Shown: piece after piece, positions 41,555-51,761 of the stretch
How the letters are laid out: each line of letters starts with the position of its first letter
Numbering within the stretch: position 1 is the stretch's first letter
From: Candidatus Latescibacterota bacterium
GTDB lineage: Bacteria; Latescibacterota; UBA2968; UBA8231
Assembly (NCBI GenBank): GCA_965206595.1
Contig: OZ242214.1
Location: forward strand, 1,376,001 to 1,440,000
Direction of reading: 5' to 3'
DNA length: 64,000 nt
The notes under the pieces: generated by a model
Databases searched by the model: none
What the model saw: the letters and a program-made list of their open reading frames with translations, nothing else
What the model was told of the DNA's origin: nothing
Made by a program: the position numbers and the translations under genes

Positions 41555-42664
41555 ATGGAAGCGAAGAAGTACCGCGTCGCCGTGGTCGGCGGCGCCGGCA
41601 CCTGGGGCCGCTACTACACCCGGGCCTGCGCCGAGCATCCGCAGTGCGAGATCGTCGCCCTCGTCGACAGGGCCCGGGAGAGGCGGCAGCGGTTCGCCGA
41701 GCATTACGGAATCCCCCGCACCTGCGACTCCATCGAGGAGCTGCTGGCCGACGAGGTGCCCGACATCGTCACCGCCAGCATCCCGGTCGCCTGGATACAC
41801 GACACCGTCGTCGCCTGCGCCGAGGCCGGGGTCAGGGCGGTGTCGTGCGAGAAGCCGATCGACTACCAGCTGTCCCGCGCCGACGAGACCGTTAGGATCT
41901 GCCGCGAGCGCGGCACCGCCTTCGGCTGCGGCACCGCCCACTGGGGAGAGCCGTTCCTCCCCGAGACCGTCGCCTGGCTGCGGGAGGGCCACCTCGGAAA
42001 GGTGACCGCCGCGGCCATCCCAGGCGGGCTCCCCACCGAGGTCTCGGGAGGCGGCTGCCACATCCTGGCCATGATGCGCTTCGTAACAGGTCTCGAGGTG
42101 GAGTGGGTCGAGGGAGTCACCCATCCCCCGGAACCGACCTTTGCCGCCGCCGAGGCCGAGAGCGACACCGAGATCGATCGGCCCGCGTACGGCAGGCTCG
42201 GGCTTGCCGGCGGCGCCGTCTGCGCGGCGCTCGATCCGCAGCTCGGGCACCGCGGCTGCATCCTCTCGGTCAGCGGCGAGAACGGCCGCGTCTGGATCTC
42301 GCGGCCGCGGCCGGTGATCGTGCTGGGAACCGGGGCCGAAGCGACCCCGGTCTTTCCCGAGTTTCTCGAAGGGCCGCCGCCGTCTCCCGGGGCCATGCAC
42401 ATGATCCGCCACGCCATCGACCGGCTCGTCGCAGCCTGCGAGACCGGGAGCAGCGAGGTCTCCTGCAGCGGCGCCGACTACCTGCGCGCCCTGGAGACCG
42501 CCATCGCCCTGAACCACTCGGCCGCCCGCGGCGGGGAGCGCATCGAGCTGCCCCTCGAGGACCGCTCGCTCAAGCTCTACCCGCATCCCTACCGGCTCTA
42601 CGGCGGCGATCAGGCCGGCTGGGAGAGCATCGGCTACAGCGGCCCCCCGGACATCGCGGCGTAG
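41555..42664 (+). CDS. Gfo/Idh/MocA family oxidoreductase
   Basis: VAVVGGAG, EVPDIV, CEKP. Confidence 0.85.
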   Translation: MEAKKYRVAVVGGAGTWGRYYTRACAEHPQCEIVALVDRARERRQRFAEHYGIPRTCDSIEELLADEVPDIVTASIPVAWIHDTVVACAEAGVRAVSCEKPIDYQLSRADETVRICRERGTAFGCGTAHWGEPFLPETVAWLREGHLGKVTAAAIPGGLPTEVSGGGCHILAMMRFVTGLEVEWVEGVTHPPEPTFAAAEAESDTEIDRPAYGRLGLAGGAVCAALDPQLGHRGCILSVSGENGRVWISRPRPVIVLGTGAEATPVFPEFLEGPPPSPGAMHMIRHAIDRLVAACETGSSEVSCSGADYLRALETAIALNHSAARGGERIELPLEDRSLKLYPHPYRLYGGDQAGWESIGYSGPPDIAA

Positions 42665-42743
42665 CTGACCCCTCGGTTTCCTTCCCGCCTTTCTCCGGCT
42701 CCGGGCACCTTGATCGATCCGCTTCCGAGAAAGGAATAGCCAG

Positions 42744-43793
42744 GTGGATTCGCTGACCCAGGCGGCCCTCGGCGCCGCGGTCGGGTACGGGGTCCTGGGG
42801 CGGCAGGCCGGCCGCAAGGCCCTGGTATGGGGCGCGGTTCTCGGCACCCTTCCCGACCTCGACGTGTTCGTGCCGCTCGGGGACGACGTCGCCGACTTCA
42901 CCCACCATCGCGGCCCCACCCACTCGCTGCTCCTGCACGCCGCCGCAACACCAGTTATCGCCTGGGTAATGGGACGGGTGCAGCCGTCGATCCTGCCGTT
43001 CCGCCTCCGCCGCTGGCTGCTGACCTTTCTCTGCCTGACGACGCACGCCCTGCTCGACGGCTTCACCGCGTACAGCACGCAGCTGCTCTGGCCCCTGCCG
43101 GTGGCGCCGACCGCCTGGTCTACCCTGTTCATCATCGATCCCCTCTACAGCCTGCCGCTGTTCGCAGGGGTGATCGCTGCGATTGTGTCGACGGGAGAGA
43201 GAGCGGCGCGCTGGAACCGCCTGGGTCTGCTGCTGAGCACCGCCTACCTCCTCCTCAGCATAGCGGCCAAACTGCACGTCGACGGGGCCGTGCGCGAAAC
43301 CCTGCGGGGGGATCCCGGGGCGGGATCCTTCATCTCGGGTGCCACACCGTTCAACATCCTGCTGTGGCGCGTCGTGGCGATGGACAGCGACGGTTATCGG
43401 ATCGGCTACTACTCTCTCCTCGACGACGCGGACCGCGTCCGCTTCACCCGCTACCCGGACGACCGGGAACTTCTCGAAGCCATCGCCGAGGAGGAGCCGG
43501 TAGCCGACCTGAAGCGGGTGACCAAGGGATTCTACGGGGTGCGCCTCGTCGGCAGCGAAATCCAGGTCGCCGACCTGCGCATGGGGTTCGAGCCGGCGTA
43601 CGTGTTCCGCTTCGTGGTCGGGGAGCTACGGGAGGGTCAGGTAAGGCCGGTGCCGAACCGCCGCGCCGGGGGCGGCCCCGACGTCATGACCCTGGGCTGG
43701 ATCTGGCGGCGGATATGGGACGAGTCCCTGTCGCCTCCCCATCCGGGGGAGGGGCGGTCATCCAGCCTCTTCACTACGGGACGCAAAGGGTAA
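42744..43793 (+). CDS. Membrane-bound metal-dependent hydrolase (YdjM/DUF457-like)
   Basis: MDSLTQAALGA, LPDLD, HRGPTHS, HALLD.FT.Y, FIIDP. Confidence 0.88.
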   Translation: MDSLTQAALGAAVGYGVLGRQAGRKALVWGAVLGTLPDLDVFVPLGDDVADFTHHRGPTHSLLLHAAATPVIAWVMGRVQPSILPFRLRRWLLTFLCLTTHALLDGFTAYSTQLLWPLPVAPTAWSTLFIIDPLYSLPLFAGVIAAIVSTGERAARWNRLGLLLSTAYLLLSIAAKLHVDGAVRETLRGDPGAGSFISGATPFNILLWRVVAMDSDGYRIGYYSLLDDADRVRFTRYPDDRELLEAIAEEEPVADLKRVTKGFYGVRLVGSEIQVADLRMGFEPAYVFRFVVGELREGQVRPVPNRRAGGGPDVMTLGWIWRRIWDESLSPPHPGEGRSSSLFTTGRKG

Positions 43794-43854
43794 GGATGCG
43801 GCGCCAAGCCGTGGCGGGGCGTACCTGGCGTGGGCGAAAATCTTCACACTCCCG

Positions 43855-45198
43855 TGCGCTGACCAACCCAGTCATAGAGCAAGTCCCCGGAATACAACGG
43901 ACGCGAGCACGGGTGGTCCGCCCATTACGACGGCGAGTGGGTCTCGGCCGTACTGGCGGTGTTTCTGCGCGTGGTGGGCGGCTGGTATCGACGTCAGGCG
44001 CAGGCCATGGGCCATGACCGCGCGCGGTGGGGCTCGGTGACCTTCGTCCAGCGGTTCGGTTCCTCCCTGAACCTCAATCCCCACATGCACGTGCTCATGC
44101 TCGACGGGGTCTACGTCGATGGGGAGGACGCTCCGGTTTTCGTAGCGGCCCCGCCGTTGTCGGACCAAGCCGTGCAGCAGATCGTGGAGACGAGTGCGCG
44201 CCGCATCATCCGCTTGTGCACGAAACGCGGCCTGTTGGACGACACCGCCGCCGATCCGCTCGCCGACGAGGAGCCGGTGCTGGCGGCTCTCACCGCGGCT
44301 TCGGTGCGAGGGCTCACCGCCACACCGGGGCCCGCGCCGGCCAACGCCTGCGCCGGGTCCTGAAAGATCCGGCCACCGGGGTGCGTACGGCGCCCTTGTG
44401 CTTTGCTTCGCGCGGCTTTTCGCTGCATGCGGCAACGCGGATCGCAGGCCCTGACCGGCGCGGGCTCGAACGCTTGTGCCGCTACGTGGCCCGGCCGCCC
44501 TGGCGGGAGGGCGTCTGCGCTTTGTCGATGCCGACCCTCTTTCCTTCGCGCTCAAAACGCCGTGGTCGGATGGGACCCGCCATCTCCTGCTGTCTCCGAT
44601 GGACCTGCTGGAGAAGCTGGCGGCTCTGGTTCCCCCGCCCCGGTTTCATCTCCTGCGCTACCACGGGGTCCTGGCGCCCCGGGCCCGGGCCCGCGAGCGC
44701 ATCGTGCCGGCCAAGCCGGTTGCCGAGTCGTCGTCGGCGGACGGCTCGGCGAGCGTTGCGTCCTGCGGCCATCGACTGCGGTGGGCGACCCTGCTGGCGC
44801 GGGTGTTTTCCTCCGACCTCAGCGAATGCGCGGCATGCGGCGGTGGCCTGAGAATCATCGCCGCCCTGACCGATCCGGCCTCGATCCGGACCTATCCGGA
44901 GGGGGTAGGGCTGCCGGCGATGCCCCCGCCGAGGGCCCCGCCTGAGCCGCTGTTCGAGTTCGCCGCCTGACCTGCCTTCTCGACCCGTCGCCGTCGCCGG
45001 GCGTACGGCGGGGGGTGCCCTCAACGGTCCCTCAGGCCCCGGATTTTGATCCGGATACGGGCCTACAGGCAACCAAACTGTACTGCGAGCTCGGCCGAAG
45101 GACTGGCAAACGATCCTCAGGGAGCTGCCTGACCCTAGCGGTGCGCTCAGCGCCTTGACCCGAGAGTCCAAAAAAGGTGCCTCATTTTACCTATACTC
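43855..45198 (+). mobile_element. IS91/ISCR-family rolling-circle element remnant
   Basis: HUH motif QRFGSSLNLNPHMH, GFSLHA, LERLCRYVARP, LLRYHGVLAP in three frames; N-terminus decayed; 3' end TTTTACCTATACTC resembles oriIS. Confidence 0.8.
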
Positions 45199-45326
45199 AA
45201 CGACGATGATGGCGCTCATAGCTCACCTCCATCTTTAAGAGACTGTTTCTGCATCGACCTTCTAATCCATTCGACAACCTTGATTCTCTCGTAAAAACCC
45301 TACGTCCCCAGAATGCCCGGTTTTTT

Positions 45327-45374
45327 ATACAACATATAGTGTATGCCTTGTCTTAGTTGGCCAATATATAGTGG
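45327..45374. promoter_or_regulatory. Tandem NrdR-box-like sites
   Basis: ATACAACATATAGTGT (45327-45342) and GGCCAATATATAGTGG (45359-45374), 32 bp start-to-start; both fit acaCwAtATaTwGtgt. Confidence 0.6.
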
Positions 45375-45621
45375 CGCTCTAGTGTGCTGAATCGCTGAAC
45401 ATCCTGAAAATGGGGTTAATACGAAGGAGTCAACCTTGACTCCCTCGTAACAACCCCGTTTTCAAGGCAGAGAATTTTTCTTGAAACTTTAGTTTCACCA
45501 ACATGAAAAGAATCGGGAATGCGCCGCTATTCAAGCAGCTTCAGCGCTCTATCGTCCGATGGCCTCGAATCGGGCTTATAAGGCCTTTTTGCGGCACCGA
45601 AAAGGACCTCCGTTCCCTTTT

Positions 45622-47367
45622 TCAGCCCATCGCCGGAGCTATGGCTTCGGGTTTGGGCGTAAGCGCCCGCAGCATTCTCTTGAAATTGCAGGCCAGGGCT
45701 TTCAGGTAGACGGCCAGCTCCACGCGCCAGCGTCCGCGCACACGCAGGGCGCCCAGCCCGTGTCTTCGTTTCAGTTCCGAGACCGTGGCCTCGATGCCGG
45801 CGCGAATGCGATAGCGCTCCTTGAAGGCGCCGCTGGCGATGGCGCGGCGGCGGCGTTCGAGGTTGACGGCTTTCAGGTCCACGGTTACGGCGTAGCCGTC
45901 CCCGTCCTGGTTCGGCCGCACCGGGCAGAGGGGAAACAGGGCGCAGGTCTGGCAGCTTCGGCGCTCGAAGGTCAGCACCACGTGGTGCTTCTTCTTCTCA
46001 TACGACGTTTGCTCTCTAGCCAGGTATCCGGCCGGGCAGATGGCCGGATCCCGGAGACGGGCCTCGACGAGGAAGTCGGCTTCGGTCACCGTATCGGGGC
46101 GCTCCTCGACGTCGACCTGCGGGCCTTTGACCGGGCTGACCAACTCGGTGCCCAGGCGCTCGGCGTTGACGGCGTTGTCGCCGGAGCCGAAGGCGGTGTC
46201 GGCGACCAGCTCGTCGGGTCGTTGCCCGCGCTCTTCGAGGGCCTCCAGCACCGGCATCGTCGCGTGCTCGTCACTGGCGCAGGCATCGGTCACCGCTACG
46301 TGGGTGATCCTGTTCACGGTGTCGGTCTGGTCGTCGTCGGTCTGGTCGTCGTCGGTCTGGTCGTCGTCAGTCTGGTCGTCGTCAGTCTCGACGCAGGTCT
46401 CGGCGATCTGCACCTCATACCCCTTGCCCTTGCGGCCGTGGTAGGTGGCCTCGGCATCATAGGGGCTTTGCAGCGAGTCGCTGCCGACCTTCTCAGGCGC
46501 CTTCAGCACCACCGGCACGCCGCCTTCGCCGGCGTCGTCGTCCTCGGTCGAGGGGCGCTGCTTGTCCACGATCACCTCACACTGCTCCCACAGCAGGCGC
46601 TGCAGCAGCGCGTAGGATGCCAGGCCCTCCGCCGCCGTGCCCGCAAACAGCTGATGGAGACGGTAGAGGTCGCGGGCGCACACCGGCAGCCGCCTCTTGC
46701 CCGTGCCGGAGGGCGCGTCCTGGTAGGCCGTGGCGCTGCCGTCCTCCTTCAGGTAGCGCTCGCGCAGGCGCTTCGACACCCGCCCGTACAGGCGCGGATG
46801 CTCCGCCGCCAGGGTTTTCAGAAAGTGACGGAGGGTCTCACACAACAGCCCCAGACGCGACAACACCGCGATGTTGCTGAGCACGTGGGTGGAGTCCAGA
46901 CGCTGCCGGGTGACCTTCGTACCCAACGCTTGGAGAATGCCATCCGTGGTCGCCTCGAACGCCTGCCGGCCGCGGTCATGGGCCAGCAAGCGAGCGCGGA
47001 AGTTGTGCAGCGTCAGGACGTTGTTAGTCCTCGTCTTCTGCGCCAGGTGGGCCTCCTCCGGGGTCAGCTCCAGGGCGTGCTGCCACAGCAGGCTGAACTC
47101 CAGCTGCTCCAGCGCCTCGGCGTCGGTCAGAGCGAACATCTCCTTGAGCAGAAGCACGCCCAAGACCGTCGCCACCGGCTGGTTGGGACGACCGTTGTCG
47201 TCGCAATACAAGAGCGCGAACTGTTCTTCGTCGATCAGCGGCAAGGCGTGCGCGCGAAAGCTCTCGGCCCAGCTCGCCTGCAGGCGCCGCTGCTTGGACG
47301 GAGGCACCAGGTTGCGGCTCTCGAACAGGGTGCGTTGCGAATCCTTCGTACGAAACATCAGCCCCAT
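45622..47367 (-). CDS. DDE transposase (DUF772-like N-terminus, IS1182/IS5-like)
   Basis: NGRP, TLHNFR, RLDSTH, SPYDAEA, ADTAFG, C..C..CP, YRIRAGIEAT.SELKR. Confidence 0.88.
   Translation of the reverse strand: MGLMFRTKDSQRTLFESRNLVPPSKQRRLQASWAESFRAHALPLIDEEQFALLYCDDNGRPNQPVATVLGVLLLKEMFALTDAEALEQLEFSLLWQHALELTPEEAHLAQKTRTNNVLTLHNFRARLLAHDRGRQAFEATTDGILQALGTKVTRQRLDSTHVLSNIAVLSRLGLLCETLRHFLKTLAAEHPRLYGRVSKRLRERYLKEDGSATAYQDAPSGTGKRRLPVCARDLYRLHQLFAGTAAEGLASYALLQRLLWEQCEVIVDKQRPSTEDDDAGEGGVPVVLKAPEKVGSDSLQSPYDAEATYHGRKGKGYEVQIAETCVETDDDQTDDDQTDDDQTDDDQTDTVNRITHVAVTDACASDEHATMPVLEALEERGQRPDELVADTAFGSGDNAVNAERLGTELVSPVKGPQVDVEERPDTVTEADFLVEARLRDPAICPAGYLAREQTSYEKKKHHVVLTFERRSCQTCALFPLCPVRPNQDGDGYAVTVDLKAVNLERRRRAIASGAFKERYRIRAGIEATVSELKRRHGLGALRVRGRWRVELAVYLKALACNFKRMLRALTPKPEAIAPAMG
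46321..46388 (-). repeat. 15-bp tandem repeat (~4.5 copies) encoding TDDDQ inside the transposase
   Basis: GTC(G/A)GTCTGGTCGTC at 46321, 46336, 46351 and 46366, partial at 46381. Confidence 0.92.
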
Positions 47368-47479
47368 CCAGTAAAGAGGAAGTGTGTGACGGATTGGTAT
47401 ACACCAATATACCAGGAACCCTTGATTATCAGGGCTGTGAGAGAGGGGTTTTTACGAGAGAATCACTCTTGTTAAAAAG

Positions 47480-49127
47480 TGCGTAAAGTGGAGGCTACAC
47501 CCTTTCCTGCTGTGGGGATGTTGGCAGGTACCCGAAGACCCCAATTTGCTCGCGCAAGTCGGTGATGTTCGCATAACTGTCGAGGTTTTGCAGACCTATG
47601 CTGCAAAGGCGCCTACCAACATGGAAGAATTCCAGGTTGAATACCGGGATCTGCTGCAAACTTTAGTGGATCGGGAGGTGCTGCTGCTGGAAGCCCAAAT
47701 CCGGGGAATGGCTGAAGACTCCTTGGCCCAGTCACGACTCCGTGAGGATGAAACAGAGCGCCTCGTGCAAGAGATGCTTTCGCCAAGTTACCGCCAGGCT
47801 TTCGGTTACTCCTGAAGAGGTGAGAAGGGAATTCGAAACTGGTGGCTGGGATGACCAGGTCCAGTGCCTCCAGATCTTCGTGTCCGATTCGGCCAGAGTA
47901 GGAATGCTGTTGGACAAGTTGCAGGAGGGGGCCGACTTCGAGGAATTGGGCAGGCGCTGGGCGGAAGACCGCCTTTTCAAAATCCCGACCGGTTCGGTGC
48001 AGAGGTTTTCTTACTCTGCCAAGGACGGACCCCGAAAAGTCGTGGAGGCGGTTTTCGATTTGTCCGCTGGAGAGGTGACTGGGGCCATCGAGATCGACGG
48101 CGGATGGGTCATTGTCAAGGTTTTGGAAAGGCGTCGGGTTCCGTTCGAGGAGGTGAGGGAGAAGGTTCAAAACTGGTTGACCCGTAGAAAAAAGGAGGCT
48201 TTGCGAGACGTCTATTTCATTTCGCTGCGAGAGAGCTTCGAATTGGCTTTGAACCAGGAAGGAATTGACCTGGTACTGCGGATGCTGAAAGAGGGGGTCC
48301 GCGGCCATGGGCTGGCCGCGGAAGAGCGCATGGTGCCGGTGTACACCTACAGGGGAGGAGCGCTAACGGTAGAAGCGGCCCTTTCGGCGATAAAACAAGG
48401 ACCTCGAAGTTCGGCCGACCTTTCCGAAGGCCTTGTGATAGAGAAGTTGAGAGAGGTTCTCAAGCGCAGGCTGGTACTGGCTGACGCCCGGTCGCGAGGT
48501 CTGGATGAGACCGAGGAATTCAGGAAGTGGAGACGGGGGAAGAAGGCGGACCTGATGATCGGCATGTTGCGCTCCCGGGTCCTCGATGAAGAACTAACGG
48601 TCTCGGAAGAAGAAATCCGGGCCCGTTACGAGGAGCGCAAGGAGCATTTTCGTCAGCCTGCAAGTGCTCGGGTTCTCGACCTCCTCGTCAAGGATCCCGG
48701 AGAAGCGAGAGCATTACGGCGGGAGATCGAAGCCGGCGGGGACATGCGCAGTCTCATACGTCGCCACAGCATCCGGGAAAATTCCGAGGAGGGGGTCCTG
48801 GAGGTTTACGAAGTACAGTCCATGATTTTTGGAGAAGAATGGCTCAACGCGGTCATGAATGCCCCGGTGAACGAACTACGGGGACCTGTCGAGAGCAAAG
48901 GGGGATTCTCCCTGTTCAAGGTGCTCGAGAGAAGACCCCGCGACTACTTCCAGCTCGAAAACGAACGCGTGCGCATGACCCTGATCAGGGAGATCAGGGA
49001 AATCAAGGAGCGGGTACTGTTCAATGAGTTCCTGGAGAGCTTGCTGCGCAAGCATTCCGACCTGATCCATGTTTCAGAGGAGAATCTCGAGCGCATGGAG
49101 GCTGAGAGCAGAACTGAACTACAATAG
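47480..49127 (+). CDS. PpiC/SurA-type peptidyl-prolyl isomerase lipoprotein, frameshifted near 47780; start uncertain
   Basis: LWGC lipobox-like, LAQVGD..IT, LVDREVLLLEA, GADFEEL, GPVESKGGFSLFKV; two rotamase-like repeats. Confidence 0.7.
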
Positions 49128-49550
49128 GTTGATTGGGCAACCACCTAGAGGGAGGATCTGTCCTGACCTCCGGCCCTCAAAAGGCGGAGATCGAAGCGTT
49201 CTTCCGCAGCTTCTACTCTCGCCCGACTCGCCGAGGCCCCGGTTCTGCTGAAGGTTCGCGAGCCGCTCGAAGGGGAGGTAGCCCTTACCGGCCCCCCGCC
49301 GGATCGATGGCGATCAAGGCTGTCGAGCACCTGGCATCGGCCCGGTCCCAACAGGACCGACCGCGCCCGTCGCCCCCGTGCCCTGCTACTTCTCACGCTC
49401 TTGGATAAAGGGGTGGTCGGACTTCCGGCGGACGGTCACCCAGGAAAAGGCGAAAAAGCTGTTTCCGGCCCTCAGGTACCTGCTCGGCTTCTCGTCCAAT
49501 CCCAATCGTCAGGGGCTGATCCTGCCCGCGGCGGATTCGGCGCCGATTTT

Positions 49551-51755
49551 TCAGAAATACAGTTTGTGCAGCACCCGCAGGTTGCTGCCCGGCTCGGGCA
49601 GGATCTCCTTGACCCGGTTGAGGTGCCTGCGATAGACCGCGTCGGTGGCGTTTTCCAGGCTGGCCGAAAAGGCGTGCAGACGCCCGCGCCAATGGGCGAG
49701 GTATTGCCCGGACAGATCAAGCACGGCGTAGCCGTCGGTCGGTTCCTCGAACTCGCCGGGACGGCCCTGGGCCGCGGCGAGGCGAAGCGCGACAGTGCCG
49801 CTCAGGGATTCCCGCCCGCCGGTCAGGCTGAAACGGCCCTGCAGTGGAGGCATCCGGGGCAGCGGCTCGTCGTCCCGGTCGCTCAACACCCCTCGCACAT
49901 GGCTCGCGGTGACCGCGGTTTCCCAGCTACGCGACAGCTCCCAGTCGACGGCGACCTCGGCACCGCGCATGCGGGCACGTTCCCCGACGGTCCGATACAG
50001 GAACAGGTCGGCGCGCCGCCGACTCTCCTCGCCGGTGTTCCTGGGAAAGATGAAGCCGTCGATGTCGTTGCGGAAAATGGCGAGGTGGAGATGTCCCCCG
50101 GGGTGGTGGTAGTCGGCGAACAGCTCGAGCCCCCGCCCGCGTTCGCTGTCCAGGGCGCCGTTGCCGACTTCGTAGGAGTACGCAGCCAGGTGCGGCCCCT
50201 CCGAGAACAGCTCTTCGATTCCGGGAGCCCGGAAGGTGCGCATCAGGGTCGCGCCCAGGGTCAACGCTTCGGTGGGGCGATAGTGAGCGGACAGGCCGCC
50301 TGACAATCCCGCGAAGTCCCGCCGCTGTATGCGGCCGACCATCCGGGAATCCCGCTCCTCCCGTGGTCGGACGCTGCGAGCGTCTAACCGCACGGCCCCG
50401 TTAGCGGCCCAGGAACCGCGTTCCCACTCCTGGTAGGTGAAGCAAGCCGCGGCGTACTCGGTTGCCGGAGGGGTGAAGCTGAGGCCTGCGGCGGCGTAGT
50501 TGCGGTATTCGTACCAGACCCCGGCGGCGCCGTTCTCGAAGGGACCGACGGGATTCAGGCGGGCGAGACTGGCGAGGTGGTGGGTCAGTACCCCGAACTC
50601 TATGCCCTTTGATCCGCTGGCCTCGAACTCGCCGTGCTGGTAGCGGGAGAAGGTGTGGTGCAGCTCGAGCTGCCTGATCCGGTCGGAAACCGCAAGAAGC
50701 TCGGCGCGCGTTTCCAGGTGCTGGCGTTCGAGCAGGATCGACACCCCAGACGGGTGGGAGCCGATCGGGTCCGGAGGTATGCCGTACTCGGAATCGTAAA
50801 GGCTTCCGGAGAAGCCGAAGTGGCCCCAAGGCTTCACCAGACTGACTCCCAGCGATCCGTTGCCGGTGCGGATGTCGGTGTTGGCAAGGGTGCCTCGCGG
50901 AGTCGAGACATCCCCTGCATGACGCAGGCTGCTGTCGAAGCGCAGAGCGAGCGGTCCCAGCGGCTGTTCGAATGCGAGCCCCGCGGAAAGGCCGCCGGTG
51001 ACGCTTTCCCCCTGCCAGACGAAGGAACCGTTGCGCTGCTGCGGCTGTTCGGAAGGAACGTACCCGCGGACGACGTTGACCACCCCTCCCAAAGCATTGG
51101 AACCGTAGAGGATGGTCTCCGGGCCCCGGATCACCTCGATGCGTTCCGTGGTCATCGGTTCGATCGCCACGGCGTGGTCCGACGATGACGCGGACAGGTC
51201 CCCGGTGCGTTCCCCATCTTCGAGCACGAGCAGGCGGTCGCCGCTCAGTCCGCGCAATACGGGGCGGGAGGGCGCCGGGCCCATGGTTCGCTGCGCCACT
51301 CCTGGTTCAAAGTCAATGGTCTCGGCTATGGTGCGGCTGAGATTCTGACGGAGTTTGCTGCCGCTGAAAACGACTTCGGGTTCGTGAAGCGGGGAGACAG
51401 GCCGCTCGTGCTCATCCTCGACAACGGTCTCCTCCATGTGCAGGGCATCATGTCCGATCTGGAGATCGACGTGGGTTGTGTCTCCCTGCTCGACCCGCAC
51501 CTCGAATCGCGCATCGCGGTATCCGAGGTGCAGCGTCTGCAGGATGTACATCCCCGGGGTCAGGGCGGGAAAAAGGAAATGCCCTTCGCTGTCGCTGACG
51601 CGGCCGTGGTTGATCCCCTCGATGACCACGGTTGCCCAGGGCACCGGGTCGCCGCTGTCGGCGTCGACGACGTGCCCGGCGAGCGCCCCTGTTGCAGCGG
51701 CGTACAGGGGCGCTGCCGACAGGTATGCAGCAAGAGCAAACGTTCGGAAGATCAA
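49551..51755 (-). CDS. TonB-dependent receptor (ZnuD-like metal uptake type) with N-terminal carboxypeptidase-regulatory domain
   Basis: Signal peptide, PSRPVLRGLSGDR, SSDHAV, IEVIRGP..LYG, EELFSEGPH, YRRHL, terminal Phe. Confidence 0.9.
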   Translation of the reverse strand: MIFRTFALAAYLSAAPLYAAATGALAGHVVDADSGDPVPWATVVIEGINHGRVSDSEGHFLFPALTPGMYILQTLHLGYRDARFEVRVEQGDTTHVDLQIGHDALHMEETVVEDEHERPVSPLHEPEVVFSGSKLRQNLSRTIAETIDFEPGVAQRTMGPAPSRPVLRGLSGDRLLVLEDGERTGDLSASSSDHAVAIEPMTTERIEVIRGPETILYGSNALGGVVNVVRGYVPSEQPQQRNGSFVWQGESVTGGLSAGLAFEQPLGPLALRFDSSLRHAGDVSTPRGTLANTDIRTGNGSLGVSLVKPWGHFGFSGSLYDSEYGIPPDPIGSHPSGVSILLERQHLETRAELLAVSDRIRQLELHHTFSRYQHGEFEASGSKGIEFGVLTHHLASLARLNPVGPFENGAAGVWYEYRNYAAAGLSFTPPATEYAAACFTYQEWERGSWAANGAVRLDARSVRPREERDSRMVGRIQRRDFAGLSGGLSAHYRPTEALTLGATLMRTFRAPGIEELFSEGPHLAAYSYEVGNGALDSERGRGLELFADYHHPGGHLHLAIFRNDIDGFIFPRNTGEESRRRADLFLYRTVGERARMRGAEVAVDWELSRSWETAVTASHVRGVLSDRDDEPLPRMPPLQGRFSLTGGRESLSGTVALRLAAAQGRPGEFEEPTDGYAVLDLSGQYLAHWRGRLHAFSASLENATDAVYRRHLNRVKEILPEPGSNLRVLHKLYF

Positions 51756-51761
51756 TCCTTT

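Larger units (their letters stand above)
45281..47465 (-). mobile_element. Insertion sequence with perfect 20-bp terminal IRs (IS1182/IS5-like DDE)
   Basis: TGATTCTCTCGTAAAAACCC (45281-45300) and its exact reverse complement (47446-47465) flank a transposase. Confidence 0.88.

Noticed and set aside
49130-49550. Short ORFs between the PPIase and the TonB receptor
   Set aside because: Possibly decayed coding DNA, but no recognisable family or consistent frame
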